Source: Balanoglossus misakiensis
Taxonomy: Eukaryota > Animalia > Hemichordata
Direction: 5' to 3'
Assembly: GCA_040954595.2 (NCBI GenBank)
Contig: CM082596.2
Coordinates: 6,026,791 to 6,090,790 of the forward strand
DNA: 64,000 nt
Under the pieces are notes generated by a model. It searched no databases. It had not been told where the DNA came from and was given only the letters and a program-made list of their open reading frames with translations. Shown here in pieces: positions 26,396 through 39,900 of this stretch. Numbering within the stretch: position 1 is the stretch's first letter; each line of letters starts with the position of its first letter. The position numbers and the translations under genes are program-made.

Positions 26396-27256
26396 TTAAG
26401 ACACTTACCGTAAACGGTGCCGCGGCGCGTGGTAACACTTAACAGCGCGTCGTAACACTTAACAGCGCGTCGTAGCGCGTCGCTCCGCGTCTTCTTTCGT
26501 GTGAGAGGAATAAAAAAATGTCGTCTGCTGTACAAACGCGACGGCGAGACATGACCGTGCCCGGGACAGTCCCTGCGTTAGCGGGGGTGATACTCTGTAT
26601 TCGCATATTCCTGGATACCCGGTAATATCGACCGTGAAGCAGAAACGATAGCGGATGCGCAAGTTGGATCGTCGGGCAACACAACGCCGAGCCATCCCGT
26701 CGGTGAACGAACTTTTACTAAAACACAACAGTGTCGTGGATGGGTCGTACCGCGCACGTTTCAGGCTATGGAAAAGCTAAAAACAACGCTAGCAGAAGAT
26801 AACACAACAAACTTACCTCTTCTTGAAATTATCTTAATAAATAAACAATTAAATTTTAAAGGATACGACGAAAAGACATTCCTACATCTGACAAGCGTCC
26901 GGCGACGATCCAGATATTCCTTGAAAGTTCAGCTGCTCGAACGAACCACACACACAAACGTCGAGCGCGCCAAGTCACTTTTCCCGTCGTATTCCAGGTA
27001 TCCTATCCGCACAATGACTGTGGTTTGTTTCAAATCCAAGTCCAGTCCAAATAAACGCTAAAATCGCGATAATTCCAGAGAAAGTCACATTTCCATCCGT
27101 CCTCGTGCTCATGTATATGTCCATGTCGTAACCTCATGATCTGCGCAGTCGCAAACGCAAAAGTTTTGTTTTATTGTTATGTAAATTAGTTTAAATCCCT
27201 CTATAGTTCACACAGATTTCATGTCCTCCCAGGGAAATTTTACGGGATTGCCTTAA
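26396..27256. mobile_element. Possible TTAA-flanked non-autonomous DNA transposon (CpG-rich insert)
   Basis: Abrupt CpG-rich island between two gene 3' ends; imperfect termini ttaagacacttaccgtaaa / ttttacgggattgccttaa; internal 20-bp tandem duplication gtaacacttaacagcgcgtc (~26432-26471). Confidence 0.35.
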
Positions 27257-27404
27257 AGTCTAATTATTTGGATTCACAGGCATGAAAATGCTGTAGAAAA
27301 GGACAAACTAACAAGCTATATATTACACACAATTCTTATTCAAAACACCCCACACTCACACACACACACAAACCGGACATAAGACAATGAGGCAAAGTAT
27401 CTCA

Positions 27405-30400
27405 ATAAAACCAACGTCTATAATTTATTTCACTCAGATACATGGCCATGCACAGAATTTCAAAAGTATGCAAAAAAATCATCAATCGGCCAATCCATTA
27501 ACAATCATATCCTACGTCTACCTGCCTTCAGTCTAACTTATTTTAAACCTTAGAAAAATATACACCTTCAAGTTAGACTCCAATCTGCTGACTATAAATC
27601 TGATCTCAGTATTATAGAAATATCTCATTTGTAATAAATTCATTCTGAATTTGAGAAATTCTTCAACAAGGCTCTAGAATTCTTGAGTTTTACAGCCAAA
27701 AGTTGAGCACCCGTCATTTCCTGTGATTTCATTTGTTGCAACGATTTGAAATGCTGCAAAAATTATCTAGCCATACAAACAGTATGGTTAGCTATTTTGA
27801 ACAATAGAAAGCAGTCTTTCCATACTAAAATGTCACATGACTGATTAGAAACAGTATTAATATCAGCAAGGCAGGGCAACCTGAAATGATGAATATGCAA
27901 ATTGCATCATCCAAGTTCCTCTGGTTACATAACTTCACTCTTTAATACTCCATCGTTCACTCAATCTTTTTCTATACTAGGTTTGACATTTTCTGAAATT
28001 CCATGCAATGACAAAGGTATGGTCTCGTTGGCTGAGTAACACTCTCCGTCCTATGAAACCAATGACCTAACCGTCACAGTCCACACAACTCAACTCAAAG
28101 CAAAGTTTCAATTTTGGCGAAAGACGATAGTACAACTGTACAAGCAATTCAAGTACCAGTTGATATTGTGTCCATAGTTGCAGATGACTTTCTCGCCCCT
28201 CAACTGACCAATGGCAACGCACAAGTGCAGGAAACAGTATAATTATAAAACATTTATCAAATCAGTGCAAGTGGCAAAGCTTCAATAACCACGTATGGAT
28301 TTTTAAAAAGCATGCGATAGTGCTGAAGACAGCCACCATGTATGACAATCACGACATCCTATTAATTTAAATAAATCCCATTTTATGCACATTACAACAT
28401 GAATATTCACACATTATTACAAAAAACTGTATGCAAATCACATCTCTATCCAAGAATATTCATAAAATTATCATATATAATTAGCAGACAGTCACATTTG
28501 TGGCATACAATCAAATATATACATCTACATTGACGTTACTACTGACAAGGCACTCATGGTAAAGAACGACTCATTCTTGTTAAATTTTACTGGCCACGCC
28601 ATGCCCTTTGGGCTCAAAAAAACTGATTGGATATAAACACTGAAATCACATTAAAAACACCCCGAGTAATATGTAAAACATTCTTATTGGCTGACTGTAT
28701 GAAAACTTCACACTACTGACTATGTGTAAGACAACCACTGGAATAAGAGGGTCAGGTAAACTATATTTAAGGTTTCTCGCACATTCGTGGGAGAGTCCAT
28801 TAATATGGAGACATACATTGAAAGTTCCATATTTCAAGTTTGACGTAAATTCATAATGTGGAATATAAAATTCTGCACCAAAGAACTGTCTATCCCTATA
28901 GTCTGGTTCAATGCAACTTCATCTCATCCATCTGATAGAGAGACAAAGTTCAAAGGTCATCAAAGTTGAAAGTTCAGCAAGGTGTATGGGTATATGATAC
29001 AATTGTAAGATGAAACATTTTTTTACTGCACAATATACTACAGAGTTTTTTCTTAATACTCAACAACACTTGGTAAAAAAAGTGATGAAGGAAAATTAAC
29101 CTCCAGTCATTTGGAAACATGCAACTTCCTTTTTGTCAATAAACTGGCCCTTTCGTAGCCCCTTTGTAAACTGTGCGAAGCATTTCTGGTATCACATGAC
29201 AAACAATGCTCTCCTATTGGCCGCAATGGCACATCTAAACACATGATTGTCACATGATACCATACACTAGCTTCTGGGTAAAAAACATGCATAATTTGGC
29301 TACTACTTGTGAGGTTGAAAAAAAAAGAACTTGCATATTTCTGACATCAATCAAGTGGTTATTTTTAAATAATTTTCACTACACAATATACAGTAATGCC
29401 CATTGTATGTAATATTTTCATTAATTATTTCTATATTGAAGGAGAAACAATAAACTAGTCTACGATAATAGGAAAGTCAAGAGTAAAAACGAAAAGAGCT
29501 AAATGAAACAATTCTAATATTACATACACTATTTCTGAGATTTTTTCTTTGAAAGTAAGATCCTTATTTTACATTTGCACTAACAGAGAGAAGTCAAACA
29601 GTCTATTTGGCATTGTGATCCCTGTTTACTGAATACTGGCTGATATAGTAAGGCCTCTTATGAGATTGGATATCAACATTTGGCGTTATGAGTGACTATT
29701 TTCGGAAAATAAACGATTCACTTAATATTAAGTGCGGTCTTTGTGGTAATATTAACGTGTTCAAATCTGCGATGGCTGCTTTAGGACACATGATGACCAG
29801 CCTGGCCTAGGAATTGAAAATCGCTGTATGTACATATAAATTATATGGTGTACAGTGATTCAAGTGTTTTTGTGTGGACAAACGCTGGTAGTAATGACAT
29901 TTTCTTGTTTCTGAGGTGGCTGTATGTATCACAACCCCTTCCACAGTGTTGCCACATAGACTGATTTCGCTGGAATTCATGATATTGTAACACGGCATTC
30001 CATTGGTGTATTCATGAAATGTTTGAAACATACAGCCAATCACTATTGACCACTCAGAATTTGCCACGAGACTCAAAATTACTGCAGACATTCTAAACCT
30101 CGTCTCTTTTCACACTGGCCAGATCACTTTTGGGGGAAGTTGATTGCACAAAATCATCCCGAAGATGGAATCCATGTAAATAAATGGCTCTGGGTGGAGT
30201 CTCGGTCTTTCCTCAAAAAAAAAAGCTTCAGATTCAGATTCAGCAATTGAAATCAGTCTATGCTCACGCCAACACAGGATCCTTGCGCAGGGATCCGATT
30301 AAACACCAATCCTAGGCCAGTCCCTGGTGCATTGTCCAGTACAGAGTGATAAAGAACATGTAAATCCCACATGTGGGGATTTACGCTCTAAATATTGTAA

Positions 30401-32626
30401 TGGTGAAGTTAGCACTCACTAACTTTTGTTTGCTGAAACGATATGTACACATTCTAATCCCTGAAGTCAAAATACAAATTCATTCATGTCAAACTTGTGT
30501 ATTAAAGTCATGCTATCCCTAGAAAAAAATAACGCATAAGATACCAGTTGTATTGAAGTCTAGAATAGTGAAAAACAGACATATTAACTATGTACACCTT
30601 CCAAAATCTATTTTTCCCACCGAAAATAAAAACACTATGACCATTAGTTGGTTTGTTTGTGTGCCTTTCTAGCAAAGTAGCGACAGATATCAAAAGTAAT
30701 TTGATCATAGTATATTACTGGCATTTCTTTAAGAAATATGCAAGGTTTTAGGTCAAGTGCCTTGCAAATAAATTTTGATTATCAAGGAGCCTACTACCTT
30801 ATGCTGAGTAATTATATCATACAGTACTGGTATATCAATATTGCCAAGCAGTGTCACAATGTAGAATACATCTTAGTCACTGGACATGTGTCATTGCTTT
30901 TCAATGGGTCTGCACTAAACAACAGGGATGGTATGGTGGTTGAATGATGGTAACTTTGGAACTAGCGTGAAAAATGGTAAGAAAATCAGAAAAACATTGC
31001 AAGCACATCACTCGCACACAGAATTGTGAACAGTCGAACAATATGTTTAGTAAACTGAACAGTTGTTCAAAAACTCGTTGTCCAAACTATGCTTTGTAAA
31101 TCGCTCCACTTTGCATGGGTGGATGAGGAAGGGAATATAGGGAGGGAGGCAGGCTTGTCTGAAGGGGGGAGGAAAGACTGGGGCACATCTCTGGTCTTCT
31201 GCAGTCAAAGACACGACACAACCATCACCACCACCCAACCACCTGGATTGAACTTCCTCAACTATTGGGAGTACACCGCAACAACACCACACGACCAAAG
31301 CAAGAATCCGGCTGAAGAAAATACTGGCCACATAAACTTTTAAAGAAATCTTCACCACCTCCCATGTAAGCTGACCTCCCCTCTACAGCACCAATGGTTC
31401 AGTCTTTCATACACACTCTCATCTGGCATCTGTTAGTACTAGTATTTGTAAACAAAAATCTGGCCACTGATCATCTCCCCTCAAAAAAAATCATGTAAAA
31501 TTTATAAAACAAACAATCAAACGAAAAATGATTTGCACAGCAATATTTGGTAATAAAAGTTTCCATTTTCTCCCTCAAAGTTAAAATTAAAAAATCACAA
31601 GGCAATTCATGTGGCTTAGATTCAACTCATATCAAATATTGGACTTACTATACCTATTCTAACTTCACTGAAAATTTTCAATTCTACCATCAGCATACTT
31701 CAAAATAGTTACTTATTAATCTGAGGACAAATTGATAGTGTTGTCATCCTGTCAATCAAATTTGAAAAAGGCTAAAGAAATGTTGATTCACGTGTAAATA
31801 TCATTCTGTTGTATGAGGTACAAATCAGAGTATGAACATATGTTGACTGGCTCCAAGTCCAAAAATATATATCAACACAGAATTTACAATATTGAATTTA
31901 ATTTTCAATAATTATAACGCCCTCTGTACACTAGGCTCTGGTAAATTTCCATTATCATTCAATTAATACATTTATGAATCAATGTATATGTTGTATGAAA
32001 CGCTTAACTTTCATAGACCAAAGCGCCCTCTACAGTGAGGAAGCTGATGCTTTTGTTTTTCATCTGATTACTATTCTAATTCACTTATCAGAAGTGAAGA
32101 CTTCACATAGTTGCTTTTTCAAAGCAGTCCATTCATTACAAACAAAAATATTACCAGCGCCATCCCAAAGTCGAACAGATCAAATTGTTTTCCTTTTATT
32201 TTTTTTTCATATTTTTAGTGCACATCACTGCCTCACGACAGTGATAGCTGTTTTACCTTCAGTGCCTGACCCGGTCAAGCTTTTCTCAATTTTACCAATG
32301 TTGGGTTCAAGCATATGAAGAGATGGCGTGCTATCACACGTGTTACTGACACATCATATTCAGTGGGTCGATTCACAACAGACAGGCATCACATAGACAC
32401 CTGTCGTTCACTCAAAACAGTGTAGTCATACAAAGTGCACTGATTGAGAAAAAAAACTGTTTAGAAAAATTCCATACTTTTGAAGTACAGTATATGCAAA
32501 CTTTGGGATGCAGCTGGCCTATATCTACATAAATACCTGAATTTGAAATCATTTTCAATTACTTATTACACACCGCAAACTCTCATTTAACTTGGTGGCG
32601 CCTCTTTTTTTGCTCGTATGATTACG
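27405..32626 (-). other. Probable ~5.2 kb 3' UTR of the zinc-finger gene, with polyadenylation signal at 27429-27424
   Basis: AT-rich, CpG-poor stretch following the stop; AATAAA on - at 27424-27429 followed by a TG-rich tract (plus-strand CA repeats ~27345-27370). Earlier poly(A) sites are not excluded. Confidence 0.4.
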
Positions 32627-33937
32627 TCAGGTTGATGTGGGTCTTTCCTCGGGGCCATCAGGGCTGGCTCTGGCGTCTTGCCTCGGTGGAGACTGACTTG
32701 GCCGTCTGGAACTGACTGAGGTACTGTGGCTTGACTGTGAAACTGGTGGCGACGACAGGTTCAGGGCGCTGCTCTCCGAAGTTGGAGGTGCGTTGTCTTC
32801 CGGAGCCTTGAGGTACATCGCGGCGCTGGGCGGCTGGGGCGCGTGGACTGTTGCTCCCGGCGACGACCTTGGAGGCCTCTTCTCCAACGACAGCGGCGGA
32901 CTGTGCAAGTTTGTCACCGGTGGGGGTCGCGACACCGGTATTATGTGCATGCCCTGCGGTAGGGAGGTCATGCCTGTGGGGCTCCGGGCCACGTGCTGCA
33001 GGGACATGATGCTGGCGATCTGCGGACCGTTGCCTAGAGGCGACGGCAGTCCCAGCGAGTTAGGGGGCGTGAGAGGGACCGTGATGACGTTAGCACCCAT
33101 GGGTAGATCGACCGAGTTCGTCAGTATGCTGGCGGGCAGCGGCATGCCGGCCTGGGACGCTAGGGCCTCTTCCTTCTCCTGCAGCTTGTGCAGGCGCTGG
33201 TGGGTCTGCAGGTGGGAGAGCTCGGTGAAGATCTGGCCGCACTTCTCGCACTGGTAGAAGAGCTTGCCGCCGGTGTTGACCAGCATGGGCGGGGGCGCGT
33301 TGTTGGGCGTCGGCTTGCCGGCGACGTCCTTGAAGTGGCCCATCTCGTGCACCTCCCGGTGCTTGCCGTGGACGAACTGGCGCGAGCAGAAGCGGCACTT
33401 GTGCGGCAGCTCGCCCGTGTGGCAGCGCTGGTGCACCCGCAGGCTGTCCAGCGTGGCGAAGGTCTTGTCGCAGTTCTCGCACTCGAAGGGCTTGGCGTTG
33501 GGGTGCGCCGCCGTCATGTGCTGCAGCAGCTGGCTGCGGCGGGGGAACTCCTGCAGGCAGACCTCGCACTGCAGCGTCTTGGGGAGGCTGTGGATGATGC
33601 GGTGCTCCGACAGCTCGGCCAGGGCCTTGAAGCTCATGCCGCACGTCTCGCACGGGTATCGGCGTTCCCCGTGCCGCTGCATGTGAGACTCCAGCGTTTC
33701 CTTGTTCAAATACCGGCGGCGGCATATCGTGCACTCAAACGACTTGACCTCCTTGTGATGCGTCATATGTACGTTACGGTGCGAACTTGTAGCGAAAGTC
33801 TTATCACAGTACTTGCACTTGTAGGGCTTGTCTGACTCATTGAGATGTATGCGACGGTGGACGTCCAAGGTGTACGGATTGGCAAAGGCTCGCCCACATG
33901 TCTCACACTGATGTGGCCGGTAGTTGTTGTGATTCAT
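32627..33937 (-). CDS. Terminal coding exon of the zinc-finger gene: end of ZF1, ZF2-ZF9 and a Pro/Ser-rich tail
   Basis: 436-aa ORF starting right after acceptor tttcag; eight complete C2H2 motifs (e.g. HQCETCGRAFANPYTLDVHRRIH, FECENCDKTFATLDSLRVHQRCH); strong GC3 bias. Confidence 0.95.
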   Translation of the reverse strand: MNHNNYRPHQCETCGRAFANPYTLDVHRRIHLNESDKPYKCKYCDKTFATSSHRNVHMTHHKEVKSFECTICRRRYLNKETLESHMQRHGERRYPCETCGMSFKALAELSEHRIIHSLPKTLQCEVCLQEFPRRSQLLQHMTAAHPNAKPFECENCDKTFATLDSLRVHQRCHTGELPHKCRFCSRQFVHGKHREVHEMGHFKDVAGKPTPNNAPPPMLVNTGGKLFYQCEKCGQIFTELSHLQTHQRLHKLQEKEEALASQAGMPLPASILTNSVDLPMGANVITVPLTPPNSLGLPSPLGNGPQIASIMSLQHVARSPTGMTSLPQGMHIIPVSRPPPVTNLHSPPLSLEKRPPRSSPGATVHAPQPPSAAMYLKAPEDNAPPTSESSALNLSSPPVSQSSHSTSVSSRRPSQSPPRQDARASPDGPEERPTST

Positions 33938-36900
33938 CTGAAATTAAAATTTTTGTAAGAGTGAGAAAAACGCCAGTTTTGCCGAGAAACATGCTGATGA
34001 ACTGAGTAAGGTTGAAATTACAGTCCAGGGTTAGCAAATGGGGTTAGTAGCAAAACCATATATTTTGTAAAAATCTCTTTGAAAGTCCACTACATGAAGT
34101 GAGCTCTGTAGGTTTTTGTGACCCATTCACTGCATCAAACATGAGAGTATTTCAAAGGAATGACAGAAGCACAAAGGTCCATCTACATGTACATGTATAT
34201 TTGTGTGCTGAAATAGTGACCTCAACGTTAAACTAAACCGTCACCGACTCTGACTTGTCTATGGTTATTTGACACGTGAAAACTCTTGCCTTGTGATACT
34301 TCAGGGATTCATTCTTGGCGTAGACTTTGCCACAGATCTCGCACTTGAAGCGTCTCTTCTTGGGATCCTCCGACGGGTCCTTTCCTTGGTTGCTGCTGTC
34401 CGAGGAATCCTTCCCGTCCGTCTGCGACGTCTTGTCGTCATCCTTCGACGAGGCGTCGTCCTGGTCCTGGTCGTCGTTGTCGGCGGGGGAGTTCTCGCAG
34501 GTGTCGATGTAGAGCCTGCTGTCCGAGTCCTCGTCGTCGAGGTCGGCCGAGTCGTGGGTGGCCCGGGACGCCCGGTCGCTCTCGATGCCCGGCTCCTGCT
34601 CGTCCGGGTCGACCGGCTCCTGTTTGATGTTCACCCCTTTACTCAGAGTGAATTCGGACTGCTTCGGTGAATTCTCCCTGCCGGCATCTGCGTCGTCGTT
34701 TTGAGAAGTACGGCTGTCTTCGCTCGGTGGGTTGATCCTTTCACGTCGTTCGTCGGTGCCAGACGGACTTCTCGAACTCTCTGAAGGGTTGTCTGCTGAT
34801 GTCTCTCGGTGTGACTTTGGCTTGTCCTGCGATCTCTCCTTGGGCTCTTTCTTGATCAGAGGAGGCGGCATGGACAGGGGCACGCCGTGGTGGTGATTGG
34901 GGAAGCGCGGTCGCATGCTCTGATGCTGCCGCGCGTTCTGGGCCAGCAGTTCTCGGACCGTCTGATTGGCGACCTGCTGCGGCTGCAACGACAGGGGCAT
35001 CTGCTGCGGCTGCTGCTGCTGCTGTTGGTGGTGGTGGTGGAACATGAAGGCCCTCTCCAGACCGAACTGAGCCGGCGAGATCTGCTGGTAGTTCGGCGAC
35101 CGCGGCAAGAGCTGCCGGAAGTGCTGCGGAGGCAGGCCTGGGGGACTGAACTGGCCAGGGGGTAGGCCCGGTAGCAACATCGGTCGGCCGACCACGTGAG
35201 GGTGCATCGGAGGAACCGGCGCCCCCCGGTTGTTGGGAGGCATCATCTGGACCGGTCCGCTGGGCACTTCGCCCGGGCTGGGGTGTCTCATCTGCGGTTG
35301 ATACCCGCCTCCCGAATGAACGCTTTCATTCTGCGCCACCCCTCCGTGGCTGACCTTCTGTTTCTTGGCTTCGTGCATCAGCAGGTCCTTCACGCTCACG
35401 GTCTGACAGTTCTGCAGCGTCTTCTCGGTCGGCGACGCGTCGGCCGCGGGCTGCTCGATGTGAATACTGCTGCTCACCGTGGACGCGGGCGCGGGGCTGT
35501 CCTCCTGCGACTTCACGGTCAGGTCCAGGGCGGCGGCAAACGCCTGCTTGGCCAGCTCCTCAGCCTGCGCCGACTGCGGCCCGTTCCCCGAGCTGGACAT
35601 CTGCAGGGCGTGCGCCTGGGCGATGAGGGCGTCCTTGTCGATGGGCTGCCGGCTGTTCTGCGCCTGGGCTCTCTGCAGCAGCAGCGAGACGGCCACGTTG
35701 GCGAGCGGGATCAGGTAGCTCTTGATCTCCTGAATGTGGTTCACCTGGCCCGGCTCGCTCCCTGAGCTGGACAAGCGTTCGCGCGAGGTTCCCGCGGCTG
35801 GGGTGCTGGTCTCGATGTGCAACTGAGGTTCGGACGTCAGAGCGATCGGACCGTTTGTCAGATTGTCTTTATGCGGCGACTGTCCATTGCTTAAATTCTG
35901 GTGAGCTCTCGAACCATCAGAAAAATTCTGATGATGATGATGATGATGAAGATGAGAATAAGATGATGGGTTACTTAAATGTTCGTCCCCTTCCTCTGAC
36001 ATTGCTCGGTGCGTTCTCTTGAGGCGTCCTTGAGTTGAAGGCACACTTGCGGTTTCAAATCCTGAGTTGGTACTACGGCTACCAGATAACCTGTCCCCGT
36101 CTTTCCTTCGGCCATACTCGTGAGTACTGTTCCTGGTGGGATGACTTCTGCTTTCGGGAAAAACACCCACTGCGGGCTGCTGGGATGATGATGATGATGA
36201 TGATGATGACGGCGGTGGTGGCGGTTCTGGTTCAATGTGAATCGGGTTGAAGTTGTTACTACTCTGGCGTTGAAGTTCACTGTAGCCGCTTGGCTTGTGA
36301 AAGTCAAACAAGTCATCATCTATCAAACCAAAAAGGTAGAAAATAACAATCAGTGGAATTTGGCACCTCTCACAGCTAGACTTTGATGCAAGTACGGGCG
36401 TGTGGCTTGGCTGTGTCTTATATGAATGTAAGACATGTATGTGTGCGTGTGTATGGATGGATGACGTACAGATGCAGAATTTTGTCTGCTTTACGTTTCT
36501 GTATCTGTGCCTTTTTAAGTGCTGTGATTTTAAGTGTACACGCTATCTCATGAATGTGTGTGACTGTGAAAGAATTTCATTTCCTATTCACCCTGTGTGT
36601 ACAAGCCTGGCTGCCACAAGTGTGATTATTACATACATGTATATGTACTCACCAAAAAGATGTCGTAAATTTTTCCTTGTGGCGCTGCTTTCCTGTCTCT
36701 TACAGCTCAAATCTAAGGCCTCTTCCTGTTCCGATGTTTCAATCGGCAGCCCCGTCGTCCCGGAGACCGCCAGATCATCTTCATCCGCCTTGATTCCTTC
36801 TTCGTAGTATTGCCGCATGAAGTACTCGGTACCGTAGAACTGAGGGATGCTGGTTTCATCGATGACCTTGACAAACACCTCACAGCCTGTGAGTGACGCC

Positions 36901-39900
36901 AACGTGTGACCCTGCAAAACGAAACAGACAAAAAAAGCATTGTTAAGAAACTGAAAATGTTAGAGGGCTTTGAACTCCTGAAGGGAAAAAAGATAGTTCT
37001 TCACTCTGACAGTCTTTTTGTTTAGACATGCAAAAGTTTACATTTGATGACCTGCCAGTTACAACACCTGTACTGTCAGTAAAACCTCTCTAATATGGAC
37101 ACCAAACGGACTAAAGAAAATGTTCGGTTTGCACAGGTGTCTGGTTTGTAGAGGTTCTTTGAACATATGATTCTATGTGGCAATAAGTTCAAAGTAGACA
37201 GGTTTCCAGATTAGATTAGACAGTGTTCGGTTGAGACAGGTTTTACTGGTACTGTATACAATGTACATTCACCGATGTCTACTACAACTCTGGTATAAAA
37301 GGGAAAAAAGAGCTTTTTCGGAAAAGCTCTTCTGTTGCTTTTCCCCCCTGAGCTATCCTGGCATAGTGAAATTGTACGTTGTGGTTTCATTCTGTGTATA
37401 CCATTATACAAATGCACTCACGAGAGTGCGTTACTCAGGAGATGAAAAAAGTGCCACAGGGAGTCAACTCATGCAATCAGGCAGCAACCTCTATGACAAC
37501 TTTCTGTACAAAGCCAGGAACACATTTTTCATGAACGTTCTGCTTTTATTTGCCAAAAAGATTGCGATATAGTACAGGTAGCTTTCAAAAACTGTAAAGT
37601 GCAAAACAACCCTTGCTTTTCACAAATTTTCCACTGTAAGTTATTTTGGTAATAAACAGTGATAGTATATCTTCAACATGTATGCTAAGAATACACCATG
37701 TACCCAAAATACTAGGAATATACATGGTGTGGGTAGCTGCCTGTACTAGTATAGGATATATTTTATGACAAGTCACAACCGCCACAAAGAGACAAAAAGT
37801 GAAAGTGATTTAAGGCTGAGTTGTGAAATACTGCTGTGTATTCCTGGATGTGCATTTTTCGGTGGTTAGAAAAACTAAAAAGAGAGATGATTGATTTTCA
37901 TCTGTTCAGCTGATCTTCTCTTGTCCCTAAAGACCATATTACAATTCATATTGTGTGACTGAAGCATGCATGCCCACAAAATGCCTACGACTGAACCACA
38001 GTTGAAAATGTGCAGTGGCGTTTGACACTACGCAGTGCAATTACTAATAAGACGATCGTCACCCTTTTAATGCATATGTATGAGATGTGACAATGAGCGA
38101 AATTTGCTAACCTGAGCTAGCATCTGGTTACCCCTGAGCTGATCTATACTGTATAAACAGTTAAAACCTCCTAGCTGCATGAAAAGCCAGCAAATACCAG
38201 AGTCAGAAGAACTAGGTCTCAGTAACTTTTTGTTGTTGACTGACAGCTGTAGCCATAAAATCATTCCCACATATGGCCATGGCCATTTGTCATATCTGCT
38301 ATATGCTTTCAAAACATACGATTAACATGTTGGAAATAGACATATTGGGGAGTGTGTCTGATTTAAGAGGGTATACCATTCCTGCTTTACATTGTCAAGT
38401 AATGATCGATGACAAAGTGGTATCGCTGTTCTACTTAAAAAAAAACAACTTGTTTAGAAGAAACCAAAACATGGACAGTTACATGTATGTTTCTAGAGTT
38501 ATCCAAAAGCCAGTATCAAACAAAAATCTCTTTAAAAAGTTTCACGCATATTATAAATTAACTCTCAAGTTAAACAATTACGTGCTTGGTGAAAACTGAC
38601 AAAACAAATAAATGCACCCATTTCATCCATTCAGTCCAACGCCATGGTTTTTTTGGAAAAATAATATACTTACCTGGCAGAAACATCTCGATGGGAAATA
38701 TGGTGTGCATATTGCTTGCATGTTGGTGTGCAAAGCAGATACTGCCAGGTAGCACAGCTATTGAACTGAGAATGCACTTGTAAAGCTTTGAGAAAACCAG
38801 AGCACTCAAACAAAGCGCCAGTGGTTGCTTAAAAAAACACACATCAACTGTCGCTTAGTGCAAATCTTCACTTGCCAGGGGAAAGTGGCGATCGCACAAG
38901 GATGAAACTTGTGCATGTACATGAAACATGCGGGCATTCAGCACATACACTTCTATGACAATGACTTCTCTACTGTGACGTCTCTCTCTGGAAATGTCTC
39001 CTTATATACACCACGCGTCACTGAAGCATCGCATTTACAAATAATCCCGGGAATATTCCCAGAAACAAAAATCTTTCACTTCGCCTTGAATAAATCTGCT
39101 GCTTTCTGTTTTGAACGCACATTTAAGCCTAGCTACTCCACAGACAGTACGACTGGAATTTCCCAACACAAACTATTAATAGAAATTCATTAACCATGGT
39201 TTGCAGTTCCATGGAATGCAGCCAGTGCGTCTACTCCCTACACTTTCGTTTCAGCGCACGGCGAATTCTAAGTACACATTCTTGGAACAATTCCTGGAAA
39301 CTCGTCCAACAGTGGACAATCACATGGTCACCTGAACCCTTTTCTCGGAAAATAAACATTTTCTTTTCAAAACAGAAAGGTAAACTGCAAATTAGCATCA
39401 ACCACGGCATCTGTGCTTGTATATTTTTCTGTCCACGATTTAACCCTCTCACCCCAAGTTCCCTGTATAGAGGTCCAACTTTACCAAACTAAACAATGGA
39501 TGTGGGCCAAACCACGGTGGTGAAAGGGTTCAAGCTTTGTAGTCGACATAATCAGAGCTATATGCACTACTCTGGAAAAATATTCCAAAAATGCGAACGT
39601 GTGCGCAATGCACAAAAGGGCCGCTGAGCCGTTTTCGGTAGCACAGAATTTGACCTGCCAGTGAAGCCTTAGGAGTGAACAGAGATTTGAATGTTTTATG
39701 CTGTAAGTTACACGTAAACCAAGCAATGTGCACTTACATGTAGCTAGGTCACCAAGTCATCACCACCGAGATATTTCTTTTCAATACTGCTATAGCACTG
39801 CAATTTGTCACGTTTGACATTTTTGAGAAATTTGGAACGCTTGCTTCTAAGAAACAGCACTGACCTGAAATTCCTTTCTTGAGTTCTGAAATTGATTTAT

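Noticed and set aside
26432-26471. CRISPR-like direct repeats
   Set aside because: Only two adjacent 20-bp copies without spacers, eukaryotic context and no cas genes.
33188-35765. Long plus-strand ORFs (33188-33835, 33264-33686, 34269-34670, 35196-35765) and the alternative-frame minus ORF 33090-33734
   Set aside because: Shadows of the GC3-rich zinc-finger exons; no domain, splice signal or composition supporting independent genes.
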